Source: Lama glama (lineage: Eukaryota). From it: a DNA stretch of 64,000 bases. Positions within the stretch are counted from its first letter, which is position 1; every line of letters starts with the position of its first letter. The stretch spans positions 46,440,001 through 46,504,000 of the forward strand of contig CM052818.1 in assembly GCA_028534125.1 (NCBI GenBank), read 5' to 3'. The notes below the pieces were generated by a model, which was given only the letters and a program-made list of their open reading frames with translations, was not told the origin of the DNA and searched no databases. Position numbers and translations under genes: made by a program. Positions 40,758 to 54,310 of the stretch are shown piece after piece.

Positions 40758-43700
40758 GCAAAATGGTATTTTTTCAAGTCTACCATTCTCCCTAAATTTA
40801 CTAGTTTCATTAGAAGACCTTTCCCTTTTCTCTTATGTGCTTATTTGATTGTTATTTAATCCGTATGAACTAATGGGCTCTGCCTTTCCTCAGAGGGCTG
40901 TCATCCATTGTTGTTATTGTTGGTCTTCATGCTCGCCTTCCCCAGCTCTTGGTCGGTGGGAGCCCCCGCATGCTGGCTCCCATGTCCCTTCAGCATGGCC
41001 CCCTCACATCTGAGCACGTCTTCATTCTATAGCCTAACAAAGCTGAATTTCAAGTTCATCGTGGACTTTCCTTGTCTCAGCCTTGTTATCAGCCTTTTGT
41101 TTTTTTCCAAGAAGCTCTGTTTCTTTTGGGTAAAAAACAGTATTTAGGACCCAACATCTGGGCACGAGGTGTGTTCACTGCTTTTGGGGGCGTCATTGTT
41201 CCCAGGCCCTTTCAGCAGACGAAACTAGAGAATTCACACACATACGCACAAACATGACTGCATCTCCATCTTGGAAGACCGTGGGGTCATGCCGATGCCT
41301 CCCATTCTAGTCCAGCTGGAGGCGGTCTTCGGAGCCGCTGCCATTCCATGTTTGAATCAACATTATCCATACGCATTCGCATTTGTTCGCCTACAATATG
41401 CAGAAAGTTGTTTCAGAATTTCTTACATCACTGCTGAAACAAACCTTACTAGAAATAGAAATTTGTTGGCAATTGGTTCTGTCTTTATAGTAAAAACACT
41501 GTGTTCAAACAATTCTGGGTGGAGGGGGGTGAGTTTTATGATAAGTGAGTTATATCTCAATAAAGACGTTTGTTAAAAAATAGACATGAGTTCATTCCCC
41601 TCCCCTTCAGCGCACAGCCCCGACTTTAAATGCAGTTAAGAAGGAGGTGGGAATATCTTTGTCACCTTAAGACAAGAAATTCCTTATTGAATTAGTTTCT
41701 ACTGTTTCCCAAAGTAGGAAGACCAGCAGAAGAGAACACGGGCCCAGGAGAAGGAAGTCAGTGCACAAAGAGCTGTAACTCTTTCTGCTGTTTCTTCTCA
41801 GGCTGTGTTATCGTAAGTGACAGTCACACAACCAGGATGATGAGTAAATACAGGATTTCATCCTCCCGGGAGAGCCGTCTAGCACATTTCACAAACCTTT
41901 CTTGAAGAGAAATCGCTCTGTTCTGCAGGTGGAATGCCACTGGATTTGCAGTGATCCTGGAAAGAGTTCCATATTGCAGCAGCCAGAGATGTATCTTTCT
42001 GGGTCTTTTCATTCTCACACAGACTCCTGAAATCTGATGACACCTGAGACATAAAGAAATTCTTGGAAAGTCAGGTAGTATGTAAAGATAGAAAAACCTC
42101 AAAAACTGGAGTTCAAAATCACTGTCCCAAGTAATCGATAAAACTTGGCAAACAAGCAGGTTGGCAAGAGGAAGAGGCTACATAATTCAACAGAAAGCTT
42201 GTAAATGAGCAGATGTGTTTTCTTGCGTTCTGGCGTGCAGAATCAATTCAAACGCCAGCTTCCTATACAGGTTTTTAAATTATTTTGCTTGGCATAATAG
42301 TTTTTCTCCAAGTATTCCAGGAAGTAGCATAATGTGTCTTTGTAGATCATCAATTTGAACCATGAATTAAATGTCTCCAATTACTTACTTAAGTAATTAC
42401 GTCATCAAAAGGCTCGCGAGAGAAAGAATCTCCATTGCTCAGCCCTGTATATGCATTTCATGTCTAATGTCTGCGTGCCTCACTGACAGAACCTCATGTG
42501 CTTAGTGAGTCTGTGGTCCCCTTGCTACTGGCAGAGTTTTAGTGTGAAGAAGTGTTTTAGACCTTCAGGCTCATACAAGTAAAAGTGATTTTTTTCAGCT
42601 TTTTCCCAAGCAAGCAGGGAGATCTATGATAACCTTTTCCTGAGTTACTTACTCAACGTGTCTCTAGAGATCCTGTGTCCTTTATGGGGAGAGTGTCCAA
42701 AGGCAATATTATATTCTTAAAACAAAATTATATAGTTTAAAAACTAAATTTTATATAAGAAGGCCCTTAAAATAACTTGAGCCATGAAGTAAACACTTTA
42801 CATGTTATGTAGCCAGGGTTCTGAAACAGGTTTTTTTTGTTTGTTTGTTTGTTTTTTGAAACAGGTTGAGATACTATTTGGCAGAAGCAACACAACTTGG
42901 ATTTGGAAGCTGACTAGCATTACTTCCATAATATAACTGGCCCAGGGAAAATGGCATCCCCCAAAAATATGGAAGCAGAAAGAAAGATTATCTATCCAAT
43001 TTTTTTTTGTTGTTGTTATTTTTGTGTGTTTTTTTAATTGACGTATAGTCAATTTACAGTTTTGTGTCAATTTCTGGTGTACAGCACATGCTTCAGTCAT
43101 ACGTGGATGTACATATATTCGTTTTCATAGTCTTTTTCACCATAAGCTACTGCAAGATATTGAATATAGTTCCCTGTGCTCTACAGCATAAATGTCCATC
43201 CAATTCTTTCAATCACATCCTTCAGAATCTATCAGATGCTTTTGGGTGCTGTTTTTCTTTCTTTCTTTTTTTTTTTTGTCTTTCTGCATTTCCACCTATT
43301 TTATAAATGGCTATATATTCCTTAATAGTTGCATCAAGATTAACGAATTCTGCTTTGAAAATTTTACAATCCAAAAGATATAAATGAATTCATGGAAATT
43401 TACAACAGTAAATATTTCTGATATGTTCACAGAGAGTAAAGCAAATTCTCCTCCTCTAGGTAAATAAGAGCAGAAGGTTATCTGGCCGTTTGTCTTACAG
43501 GAGTCCTCCCTCCATTACGCCCTGATGTCCTGAAGGTAAAAATTGGAATCTCATCTCTCCGGACACGAGAGAGACACGGGAATTCTGCCCCACCCTCATG
43601 GAAACAGACGTTTCTCTTTTAATCACAATCTCTTATAATTCATACTTCAAGGGTCAAACTCTGAACTGTATCTTGACATTTTCCCCAGCTCTTTTCTTGG

Positions 43701-45810
43701 TGCAATGCCAAGTTGGCAGGAAAGGCTTTGCTTATTAACTACCAAATAATTATTTCATTGAAGGCTCATGAGAGAAAGAATCTCTCATACCTCTTACTTG
43801 TGAGGATACACCGTCCATAAAAGATTCAAACTTACTACACAAGGGGTGGAAAAAGCCACAGATGCACGTGATTTGAATTTGGCAGAAGCACAGATGCTTG
43901 TGAGATATTTGATTTTTCCAGTCGCTTTGCCTCACAGAATGAGATTTGCCAAATTTGGAGAGGCTTGCATGTTTTTGGTATATATATAAACAGCGTCCTG
44001 TTCGTAAGAGTAACAAAGGTGTGGCAAGTCCTTTGTTGTAGTAAGAAGACTGTCTTGGGAAAAGCTTAGTTCTTAGACCTCTGCTGCAGATGGTACATAT
44101 CATCTTGGATAAAGTCTCTAAATGAGAGCTCTGTGCCTCACTTTTCTTTAAAGTGAGTGTAACAAAGTTCCCTACTCTGATGTCACTTCCTAAATGCCAT
44201 GAGAAAAGAGCACTGGATCACAAGGCAGACACAGGCTCTGGTCCCATCTTGGTCACCTGCTATGCGGCAAGACGTCTGAATTTCTCTGAACTTCAGTTTC
44301 CTCATCAATAAAGTGGGGATACTAGGCCCTGGCTACTTAATCATTTCATAATCATGCAATAATACATGAAAAAGTACTCCACAAATTACAACATTCCATA
44401 AACCCTTAAAGGCATTAGTAGTAGTAGCAAGCATAATGTCTGTAAAGCAAATTTCGATTGTGTAAAAATGTACAAATACCATGATTGTGCGTTTTTACGA
44501 GTTATGCTGTGAAGGCTTCGGGTTTCAGAGAGCTTTTCATGCCATTCTACAGCTCCACTCCCGGTGTCAGCTCAGTAAAAGTGTCCTCCTCGGGGACTAG
44601 CACTCGTGCTGGTCTCCTCCTCAGGGAGCGAGCGCCACGTGGTGAGGGGGAAAGTGGCCTGACTTGGGATCAGACCTCAGTGGCGCCTGGGTTGGGTGGC
44701 AAACTATTTGTCCGGCTTTTGGAAAGTTGCTGAGCCCTGGTATCTTTGTCTTGACATGAGAGGTTGAACTAAATAACCTCTAAAGTCCTATCCAGTTGTA
44801 AAATTCTATTGTTTTGTCTCTGTTTAAAGTATCAGTTGCTTTTGAGGGTTCCCTAGAGTGAGTCAGAGTCCCCATGTCACGTGTGACAGCCACACAGGAA
44901 GCCCTGAGCGACTTCGGTGCAGGATTAAGAAGAGGTGTTTGTATTTTACTGCCCAGGGTTGACCCCGCACACCTGCGTGTCCACCAAGTAGACTATTTAA
45001 CAACCTGGGAGCCATTGTGAGATGAATACACACCAGCGGTCTTGCCTGCAGGCCTAGCGAGGTATGCTTTGATGCTCCTGGGGCAGCTCGTGTATAATCC
45101 TATACCAGGGGACCTGACTCTATTGCTTTAAAATTAACTCCTACCTTAGAGGAGAGTCCTAAACCCTGAATGTCCAGGAAATTAATGAGTACAGCAAGCA
45201 TTTCTGAAAATCAGATTTTATTTTGAAACTCTTCATAAACCAAGGGCATTCATTACGAGAAAACACAGGTGTTAGAATTGGATAGACATAGATTTACATC
45301 CCATATTGAGGTTACTAATGGGAGATGTTAGCTAAATTGATCTCTCTGAGCCTCAGTTTCTTCATCTTTAATATGGGATAATAGCTACTTTGCAGACTTC
45401 CTGTACAGAAAATGCATTAAAATACCCAGACCATATTAGGAACTCAGTAAATGTTCCTTGTTCTTCACTGATGAAAACGTATTTCTAAAATGTTGCGATT
45501 AACTACAAAATTTAGATAGGAATGATTTTGAAGGCTTTCAGAATGAAGACAAGGTGTTTGAAAACATTTTTCTCAGTTATAAAGGTTTAAACTGTAAACT
45601 GATAGCGCCTTTATAGAACTTGTTATTAGTCCTTATATCATATGTTAAAAGAATAAAGAGGTTTTTCTGTTTTACACACTATTTGATGTGTAGAATTTTT
45701 GTATATTTTAGAGTGTTTTTGCTTTTTTCCCCTGCAATTTTAATTTTCTTTAGGCTAACTTTCTCTTGAGCGATCTGAAAATCTAAATTATGACAGATTT
45801 GATTCAGATT

Positions 45811-46002
45811 CAATGGCGTGCTGGAGTTGGCTCACACCAATGCCTGAGCTGTGTCTGCACGTGTGTTCCTAACTCTGCATTCAGTGACATCTCGATAACT
45901 GAAACTGGCCACAGTGGGAGTATTTACACCACGGAAATCAGCAATCACTGCAAGTGAGGTCTCTGATTTTTCCGCCAATTGTTAAACAGACGCACACCAC
46001 TA
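45811..46002. mobile_element. hAT non-autonomous element (MER63-like)
   Basis: caatggcgtgctgg ... gcacaccactag inverted termini; gtgggagtatttacaccacggaaatcagcaa core. Confidence 0.65.
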
Positions 46003-48726
46003 GGTACAAAATTCCTGGATTTTAAAAAAATGTTTGGCTTTATTATTTAAAATGTACCTTTGCAAATTGTTAATATTAGCCTCTTTTTGAAGTGTAAGCT
46101 TTATAAGAGCAATAATTTTGTCTTATTTATGGCTGAATCCCAAACATTTAAAACAATAAATATTCCAATAAATGTGGGAAATAAGCAACTGTACTTTAAT
46201 AGTATTTCCCTTATCACATGCTTAAAAATCACTTCTATTTTGAATCTCTTCAAATGTTCAAACTGTCACAAAATTGAAGTCGAAGTTTATCTCTCTAAAG
46301 CATGAGACGCCTAACAGATTGTTAGGAAAGAAATTGATTATCAGATACCAACTTCTTAACGGATGGTACTGCAATTGTAAAAAAAAAATAATGCCAACTT
46401 CTAATATAATGCAGCACTTCTGTAAAAAAATAATAAAAATAATAACTTTGAGTAAGACTGCATTGGGTAAGATCCAGATAAGTTATTCAAAAAACAATCT
46501 CCAGATGACGTGAACAAGTTGGTCTATTAAGGGCAATCATCTGGCTTTATCTATCTAAATGCTAAATAGATGACTTTGACTTTGAAATACTTGATAATAA
46601 GATGTTCTTCTAGGGAGTAATTAAAACTGTAAGCAGCTTCTAGAAGCCAGTCCTGAGATATACTAAGTCCCTGCTGTCAACATATAAAATGTGCTTGCCT
46701 TCTTATTTTATGTTCAAGACGAGACTGATACCCCTCTAGTCAGGCCTGATGAAGAGGAAATGGTAAAGAAGAAATATTTTTTAGACATATTAAGGATAAA
46801 AGAATTGATGAGAAAGTGATAGATGGTCGGAGAATTTGCAAGGGGTTGTCAAAAAGTTGAGATAGTAACAAAATTTCTTGAAGAGTGTGACGGTGGAGGA
46901 TTGGGAGTTTTGTATAACTATCTGAAGAGGAAGATGAAGAGGCTGATATTCAAAGTGTTACGTTTCAGGTGTCAGAGAGACATTCAAACGGAGACGTCAT
47001 GGAGGGAAGATGGGATATGATAAAATAGACATGGGGCACCCCCCATCACTTTCTCCCCAGGGTCTTTCTGCTCCCAGCCACCGCACAAATTTAGAAGGCA
47101 GATAAAGTACAACAGACTCAGTGACTTTGCTTTTCCCAACTCCGTCTCCTCAGATACACCTTTCTCACTATGCCCACCATGACCCAGTTTAAATAGCGTG
47201 TTAAAATGCTATTTTCAATAGCCATGGGACCTCCATAACATGAAGGAAGTTAGGAGGTACAACTCTAAAAAGTTCACCTATATAAGCTGCTAAGAGCTCA
47301 GACTCTGAAGGCAAACTCCGATTCCCAGCTCTACAATTTACTACAGGCATGACCATGGTCAAATTAATGATTTTTGCTAAATCTCAAATTTCTTCTCTGT
47401 AAAATGGATCAGATGAAAATTTCCCATAGTGTTGTCATGAGGATTAAACAAGATAGTTCTTGAAGAGTACTTAACCGAGTTCCCAGCGCATGGTAATTAT
47501 TTAGTAGATGGAGCAATTACTTCATCAGAGTTCTTCTATTCCACCCACCTTTAGCCCAGGGGATGCCTCCTGGCAGTGGGCACTGTAAGCAAATCAGCGC
47601 CACACGGGGGTGTGTAGTGCGCATGCCCTATGAGGTTGGGCTCTGCCTCTGGGCACTGGCAACCGCTCTTTTGTTCTCTTCAAACTCTTAGAAATCACGG
47701 CATGTTCATGCTGTGGGTACTTCCGGCTACCGCTCAATGCTCCCAGGCTGCTGCCACTTTGCGATACCCTTGCACTCACAGGACTTGCACTCATCATCAT
47801 TTACTTGCTGAGCATCAACGGTTTTCACCACCATTTTTTTCTCCTTGGGGTGAAACTTGCTTTTTGATGTCCAGCTTGAAATGCTTCTATGACTCTTGGC
47901 AGCACTGTCACTTGTACGGGGCACCACTTGTGGGCACATTTGTTCATTAGAAGGTGGAACAGGAATGTGCAGCGAGGTCACAGCAGAGTGAGAAACAGAT
48001 GGGTGAGCACCCTTCAAGCCGAGGAGACTTCCTGGACTGACCGAGGTCCCTGGAGCTTGTGCTGAGTGTTTTCAGCTACAAAGACATTTGGGGATGCGCG
48101 GGGCCGTGGTGAGCCTGTGTGATGTCAGGGAGAGCAAGCAGGAGCCTGTCCCCAGCAAGGGGCTCACCAGAGGGTTGCCCCAGAACACAACACATATTAG
48201 CAAAAGACTCTGTGTTCAAATAAGACTCCACCCAAATCTCAGAGATGATGAGGATGCGAGAGACTCAGAGGAGTCCTGAAAATAAAGACATCCTTCAGAC
48301 ATTTTAATCTACACTTTGTGGAATGATTGGCCCATGGAACACTTGTTTTGTGCAGTAAGTAGAAAGCTCCACCATCACACTCCCGCTCTGGCGTTCGTTC
48401 CCATCACACTTCATTTTGGTCAGAAGGTTGTCCTCCTCCTGGACCTTGATTGTTATGACGACAGTCCTTGTAATTAATGCGCATTACTTCCACCTTGAGC
48501 CCCCAATAAAAATTTTAAATATATTTTTATTGAAGTATAGTTAGTTTACAGTGTTGTGTCAAACCAATTAACTACTGTTTTAATCTTTTTTTCTGGTTAG
48601 ACTAAAATCCTTTCTCTTTGGGGCTCTAGTACATTTTGATAGCCACCAATTCCACTAATCCTCTTAGCTACGATTTTACAGAGGTCACTTCTTGTATTAA
48701 TAGCCTGTACGTTTTCTTTCTTAGAG

Positions 48727-48944
48727 CGGTGCTGTCCAATAGAATCTTCTGTGATGATGAAAATGCTGTCTCTGTCTCTGCTCTGTCCTGTGCTCTAGCC
48801 ACCAGCCCCATGTGGCTACTGAGGACTTTAAAGGTGGTTAATGCAACTGAATTTTTAATAGGGTTGAAGTTTTAGTTTTAATTTTAATTACTTTGGATTT
48901 CAGTGGCCACATGTGGATAAAGGCTACCATTTGGGACAGTGAAG
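48727..48944. mobile_element. MER3 (hAT-Charlie) inserted in an ASTN-like exon
   Basis: gctgtccaatagaatcttctgtgatgatg..ggccacatgtgg..ggacagtgaag; degenerate 8-bp TSD tcttagag/tctttgtg. Confidence 0.85.
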
Positions 48945-50123
48945 TCTTTGTGGGCACTATCTTTCTGTATCTGAGCGAGGAACAGGGTAGAAGTCATGTT
49001 GGCACAGTAAAGCCACGATTCCCACTGTGCAAAAAGTGTCATCGATCACCAAATATCTCTAAAATACATGTTGAATATTTTTTCTGATGTGCTATCTGTG
49101 CCATTTTTAACAAGAAAATAGTTTTAGGTGTCTTATGGAGGAAACGTACTATAAAAGTAAAGGAGATGAAACCACTTAGCAGAAAGGCTAACATGAGACA
49201 TGAAAGGAAGTGTCGGAAAGAAACACCTTAAGTAACGATGGAAAAATTGGAAATAATCTCCGGAGATATTTAATTTGAATCAACTCTGATGTAAATCGAC
49301 TTTCAAATCTTCCAGGGGAAAAAGGCATTTTGAAAAATTAAACACATCTTTATAACTAAAGTACCTCTGTGTCCTATGATCCGTCTTCCAGGGTAGAGGG
49401 GGTGGCCTTCCATCTGGTGAGAATCCAACACAGGCTCCTCGCTGTTCCCAAAAGGGCGCCTCACGGCTGCTAACTAGGGCACTTGGCCTCCCTTCCGTCT
49501 GCAGTATTGGTATGTCCTTCAGCTACTCATTAGACTGAAGTAATGAACTGTTCCAAGTCCACATCAAGAGTCCAGCTGAGACAAATGGCATTTGGAAGGG
49601 CCTTGTTCCTCAACATTCTCCACGTTTTAACCCTGCATCAGATCAGATCTCTGGAAAGTGTGGACTCAGCTTGGATCTCCTTGGCACTGTCGTCATAGAA
49701 GAAAAACTTCACATTATGCCTCAGCTGTTATCAAAGGGCCACATAAGAAACAGCCATGACTAGAACTTCTGTGCCTTCTTTGGGAGGACATGGTCTAGTA
49801 GGCTACTCACGATGTCTGCCAACTGGAGAAGTTTGGCTCAGACACCAGAGCCAGCAAGTGCTTGTTTCATGATGAGCTGGAATGTTTCATTTTGTGAGGT
49901 GATAAAAAAATACGTTGTGTTTCTCTCCCTGTCTCCCCCTCCAAGACTCGAGCTGGTTTTGTGCTCATTTGCCGTAGATTTTCTCAGCCCAGGATTTCTA
50001 TTATGATTTTTTTCTTATCTTCCCTCACTAATACTTGGCTATGTTATTTTTGTTGTTACGTTAATGATTTTATTAGAGTCATAATTTTTATGATACTCTG
50101 CATCAAATCCATTTTGGAAAAGG

Positions 50124-50606
50124 TGACAAGAATTCCCTCCTTGACCAAACCTATTCAAGCTCCCCTGAACATTTCAAATAGGCCTGACTTTTCAGCTTCT
50201 GTGTTCATTTCCCTATTATCCCATGTTAGCAAGAATCTTGCTCGGTCAGTTTAGAAAGGAGCCCCATCCTCGATATTTAATCACCACAGGTATATGATCA
50301 GGTTTCTCACCCTCCATCCCCCACCCCCCGCCCCGCCCCAGGTACTGCCTGGTCCCCTAGGCCTGCCTTCAGGAAGAGTCCTGCTAGGTCAGTGTTGCCA
50401 GAATCCCCCCTTGGTCCTGACATTTCCTCCTGGTCATTGTGAATCCACTGACCCCTACCCTGCTCCTTCACTGTGAATCCCCACTTGCCTATGCAGTATC
50501 CAGAACCGAGTTCTAGACTTAGGTCCCTTTCTCCTACTGCGGTAGTCTTGAATAAAATCTGTTATTGTTAGTTTAACTACTATCCAACTCTGGTTTTTCT
50601 CTAACA
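50124..50606 (+). mobile_element. ERV1 (MER39/MER21-like) solo LTR
   Basis: tgacaag..ctaaca termini, AATAAA at ~50551, flanks aagg/gagg. Confidence 0.75.
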
Positions 50607-51361
50607 GAGGACAGAATTTAAATACAAATTCATGTATACAGATTCACTTTCCTTCCTTTGTCCCCTAAAAATACTGGTGCACCTTCTTAGAGTTATTATT
50701 CTGAAACTTTGGGTTCAGTATCAAGAGTTCAGTTCTTATCTAAGAGCCGGTCTTGAATTTTCTCTTCCAAGGTGCTCTCTCAGACAGCTGGCACGAGTCA
50801 CTGTGGGTTATTGCTCACGGGCAGAACAGTCTGTCGAGTCATTCCATCATCTCTCATGTTGGGAAGTAGCCCCGAAGCCCCTGTCATTCAAAATGGAAAC
50901 AAGGGCTCTCGGGAGCCCAGTTTCAAAAGTTCGATTTCTTTCGTGTCCCTCCCCAGCATCTGCTAAAATCACTTCCACACTAAAAGCCTTCGTCAAGAGT
51001 GTTGTTTTCAGTAAGTATTCTCCCTTCTGAGCAAACTTCAGAAGGAAACACTTCCACGTTGGCATATTTTGCTAGATTAAGTGGAAGATAAATTTCAACT
51101 TCATGCTGCTACACTTTGTAAACATCAATTATAAACATTTCAAAAGAATAACTTACATAATCCAGCAATAAAGCACCTTCCAAAAAATGTTTAGTTCCGA
51201 CACAGTTCACAAATGGATCCGGACTTTTTTGCCCTCATAACTCCCCTTTCATGTTCTCCTTGTGCTTATGATGATCAGAAGTAAACAAGAAATGTAACCT
51301 ACCTTCTAGACAATAAAAAGAAAGTTCCCAACCTAAGTGTTTTCAAATTAAAATCTTTTCA

Positions 51362-51507
51362 GGGAAGGGAAAGCTCAGTGGTAGAGCACATGCTTAGCAT
51401 GCATGAGGTCCTGGGTTCAATCCCCGGTACCTCCATACAAATAAATAAAACCTAATTACACACCCCCCAAAACAAACAAATAAATAAATTTTTAAAATTA
51501 AAAAAAA
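51362..51507 (+). mobile_element. Vic-1-type SINE
   Basis: tRNA-like head and A tail; flanking repeat tcttttca. Confidence 0.9.
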
Positions 51508-52559
51508 GTCTTTTCAGGGAGTTTAGATTTACCAAATGAAACGAAGGGTTATGTTGCTGGCTCTCACCAGACCACGTTTCTCCATATTGAAGGACAATCT
51601 GGTTCATGAAAGTTGGGTAGAAGGTTCATCGGGTTCATCGCAGTCCAACCTTACAGGACAGAGTTGAGTATCTCTGTGCTCACTTTACAAAGGCAGGCAT
51701 TCCTTAGGAGAAACCTGTCTCCCTTTCCTATGGCTCTTTCAACATGCACTTGCTTTGTCTTTTAACTGAAAGCCACGCTTTACATTGTCTCTTCTCTGCG
51801 TGAATGTTAAATCACTCATCTGAGGGTACAGCTAGTCACCTGACACGTATTGTAAATATACGGATATTGCAAATCGTATGCATATAAGGTAAATAAAATG
51901 CTTTATTCTGTTTATATTTCAAGAAATATATGGACCATATATATAGCTGTAGGCTTTGGGGTGAGGTCACCGTCACTAGTGGAAAGTTCAGGCAGCTAAA
52001 GATGGTAAGAAAACCACAGTTACTGTCATGCAAAAATCAGAAGTAGCAAATAAAGTTCTCCCTGACCCAGGGCCCTCAGGACTGTTTTCTTTTAAAATCT
52101 CAAAGATACCTAATTGGCTCAAATGTCAAATATCATTCCAAAAAAAATTCATAGAGCTTGCTTAACTGATAGAGTTGTTTTATCTGCTGCCTGTAGAATA
52201 GTAATACTGGTTTTGCAATTTGGAACTGGCAAGACTGTTACCGCAGTATCAGCAGTTGAAGTATCCAAATTCAGTTCATGTGTCAACAGAAACAACACAA
52301 ATTTTCCCTCCGGGTTTCTTACCCTTGAAAGCTGTGTAGACAGGGAAGAGGGTGGAACCTTATCAACCTGGGCAAAGGCAATATCGCTTCTGGAAGCTGT
52401 ATCACTCCTATGACAACCTGGGGAAATTACGACCGCACAATTTTGGCGTTAGAAAATAATTTAGAGACTGTCTAGCAACTTCCTCATCTTATGGAGGAGG
52501 AAAGTGAGACCCAAGGGCGTCTTATTGGAGGTGAGTCAGCTAGATCCTGAATAAATGGA

Positions 52560-54310
52560 GATGACGATTCTCTACTCAAGATTCTCTACTCAAGATGAAG
52601 ATTTGTTTCTGGGCAAAACTTAGCTTTTAGTCAGGGAATATGAAAGATGTGATGGCACCAAATTATCAAGGCAAAAAAACTGAAGATAACTCACAGCCAT
52701 AAAATCATTCATTCAGAGGCTGACGAGGGGACACTGTAAAGGAAGGACTAGGCTGTTAACACCTGAACCCGCTTTAACGTCGCCAAAAAAGAAACATCCA
52801 CCTACTCTGTCTCCTGGCGCGATGCAGGTGGAATCACGCGCTCCCACCTGTGGAAGATTCTTGCCCCGCAAAACCAACCTGGACCTGATGAAGGTTCTAG
52901 ATCTAACACCAGTGGAAAGGAAATCCCGAGGATGGAGGGATGGTAAACATCACCCCCAGTATGCAATTGGCCAAACCGAGACTGCTAGTTTCCATTCTCT
53001 ACTACCCATCCTCAGGAGCTGCCCAAAGTTTCACATAGAAGAGCCTGACTCTTCCCAGGTTATTTCCTCCCCAGGGCTGGGGCAGAGCAGGCTTGAGGTG
53101 GGCCCGGAACTTGTTCCAGAAATTCTTCCGTATGCCAGGAAGTAAGGAAGTACTCCAAAAAATTATAGGGGCATATCCTAAGGTCATAGCTGCCAGCATG
53201 AAGTCCCCCAATGGCCAAATCTGGGACAGGTTGCCCCCAAATAATTAAATATAATAATGAATTATAAACCATTTAAAAATAGGAAATCATTGTTATATTA
53301 TTTTATAATAAATAGACAAGAAAGAAAGGAAGGAGGAAGGAAAGAAAAAGATAAGTCAATCAATTAACAGATGGGTGAGGAGGGAGGGCTCCTCTTTAAT
53401 CAGAATGCTGAAGCCAATCGTTAAATGAGGTGGGAGTGCTGGATTTGGAAAATCCCCATTTGGCAACCATCATGGTAAAGATTGGCTCCAGAAATCAATG
53501 GCCCCTAAGTTTAAGATAAATATTGATGTGAAGCAAAATGTGTGCAAGATCTTAACATATCACATCCTAATATAACTTTATTGGTTGCAAGGGAGAGAAA
53601 TCAGCATAATTTTAGAGAGGGGAATTGGACAACATCTTGACCAGGTGATTAAAATGAACATTGCTTGTGAAGGAGAGATGGCTATCATGTGCAAAGACTG
53701 CAAACAAGTCTAAACAACATTCTCCAGATGCAACCACAAAGAGACAGGAAATAAGCACAAAATGCGGACTGTTACGTTAAACATGGAAAAGGTAGTGGGA
53801 GCTGGAACCGTCATCTTCAAAAGTCTTCATGTTCTGAAAGACAGGGGAAGGCTGTGGATAAGCTCCAGACTGATCGAGACTAAAGAGACCTGGTAACTCA
53901 CAGTAATACCTGATCTTAGACTGGGATCCTGGACTGGGAAGACGTCCTAAGATTTAAAAATGCTATGCGATCAACTGACAAAATTGAAAGATGGATTGTA
54001 GATTGGTAGATTAGAGAAATGCATTCTCTAGTAACAGTTTATGAAGTTGATAACGGCATTGTGGTTATTTAAGAGAAAATTCCTAATCTTAAGAAATATA
54101 TACTGAAGTATGTAGGGCGAAAAAGTCATAATGGATGTAACTTAGTGTAAGTGATTCAGAAAAAAATGTGTGAAAAATAAGTGAATGGGTGAATGAATAC
54201 ATAAATTATGCAAAGGATAAAGCAAATGGGGAAAAATGTTAACAATATGTAGATCTGAATCTGAATGAAGGGTACATAAGCATTCCTTGCACATTTTAAA
54301 TATTTGTGAT
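52560..54310 (+). mobile_element. Old L1 (L1MD/ME-type) 3' region with a nested LTR fragment (~52985-53240)
   Basis: ttggcaaccatcatggtaaagattgg, tgtggttatttaagagaaaattcctaatcttaagaaatatatactgaagta and similar old L1 3'UTR motifs. Confidence 0.7.

Larger units (their letters stand above)
14592..42050 (+). pseudogene. Pappalysin (PAPPA/PAPPA2)-like metzincin multi-exon pseudogene
   Basis: Colinear plus-strand remnants. LamG region 14592-15130 (LEGIIS, LWKISK; cf VGGIFS, LWKVAR). ~15297 RYIVRSYKVNLMAQDKN (cf KVVRYRVVNLYEDDHKN). LNR region ~15929 GSDSGSCR, KCC, DPQS. Protease segment 16326-16620. ~20660-20720 DVYKC..PWAP. ~21710 LEGIKVKYFSHPLE. 28431 YHHSGDGEAIEQK (cf YFHDGDGVCEEFEQK). ~30360 AFRVHVVKCGT. 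30981 VLSRKDNPIPVIKDL (cf VLSCRNNPLIIPVVHDL). CCP region ~37245 VCE*NCRIP, ~37780 KDVVSICGKWDVPG, ~37895 HCIPESSW. ~41857-41930 FILP..LCSAG. A possible first exon at ~12410-12510 and last exons to ~43560 are unresolved. Many stops, frameshifts and TE insertions. Confidence 0.85.
43780..52420 (-). pseudogene. Astrotactin (ASTN1/ASTN2)-like MACPF/FN3/annexin-like pseudogene
   Basis: Colinear minus-strand remnants. Exons ~51566-51649 and ~51157-51306 join as W-S|EG (cf WGQSEG). ~50820-51028 VEVIL..TFET..FG..DCS. ~49665-49710 FFFYDDSAKEIQAESTL (cf MFFGYNNHSKEVAAGQVL), then KALPNA (cf QQLPDG). ~49270-49315 WKI*KSIY (cf WKVRSVMY). ~49040-49075 ILEIFGDR (cf LLDQFGNH). ~47900 SDSAAK. FN3 end ~44935-44990 VDT-GVRGQP.AV.IQTP (cf VDNTGRRSRPSDVIVKTP). 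~43860-44000 YEQ..SPNLANLIL*..SAKFKSR (cf YEK..GPRKAHLILR..SAYIQSR). Confidence 0.85.

Noticed and set aside
51362..51435. tRNA-like sequences here and at 27247, 33550 and 55000
   Set aside because: SINE heads with a SINE body, A tails and TSDs; not tRNA genes.
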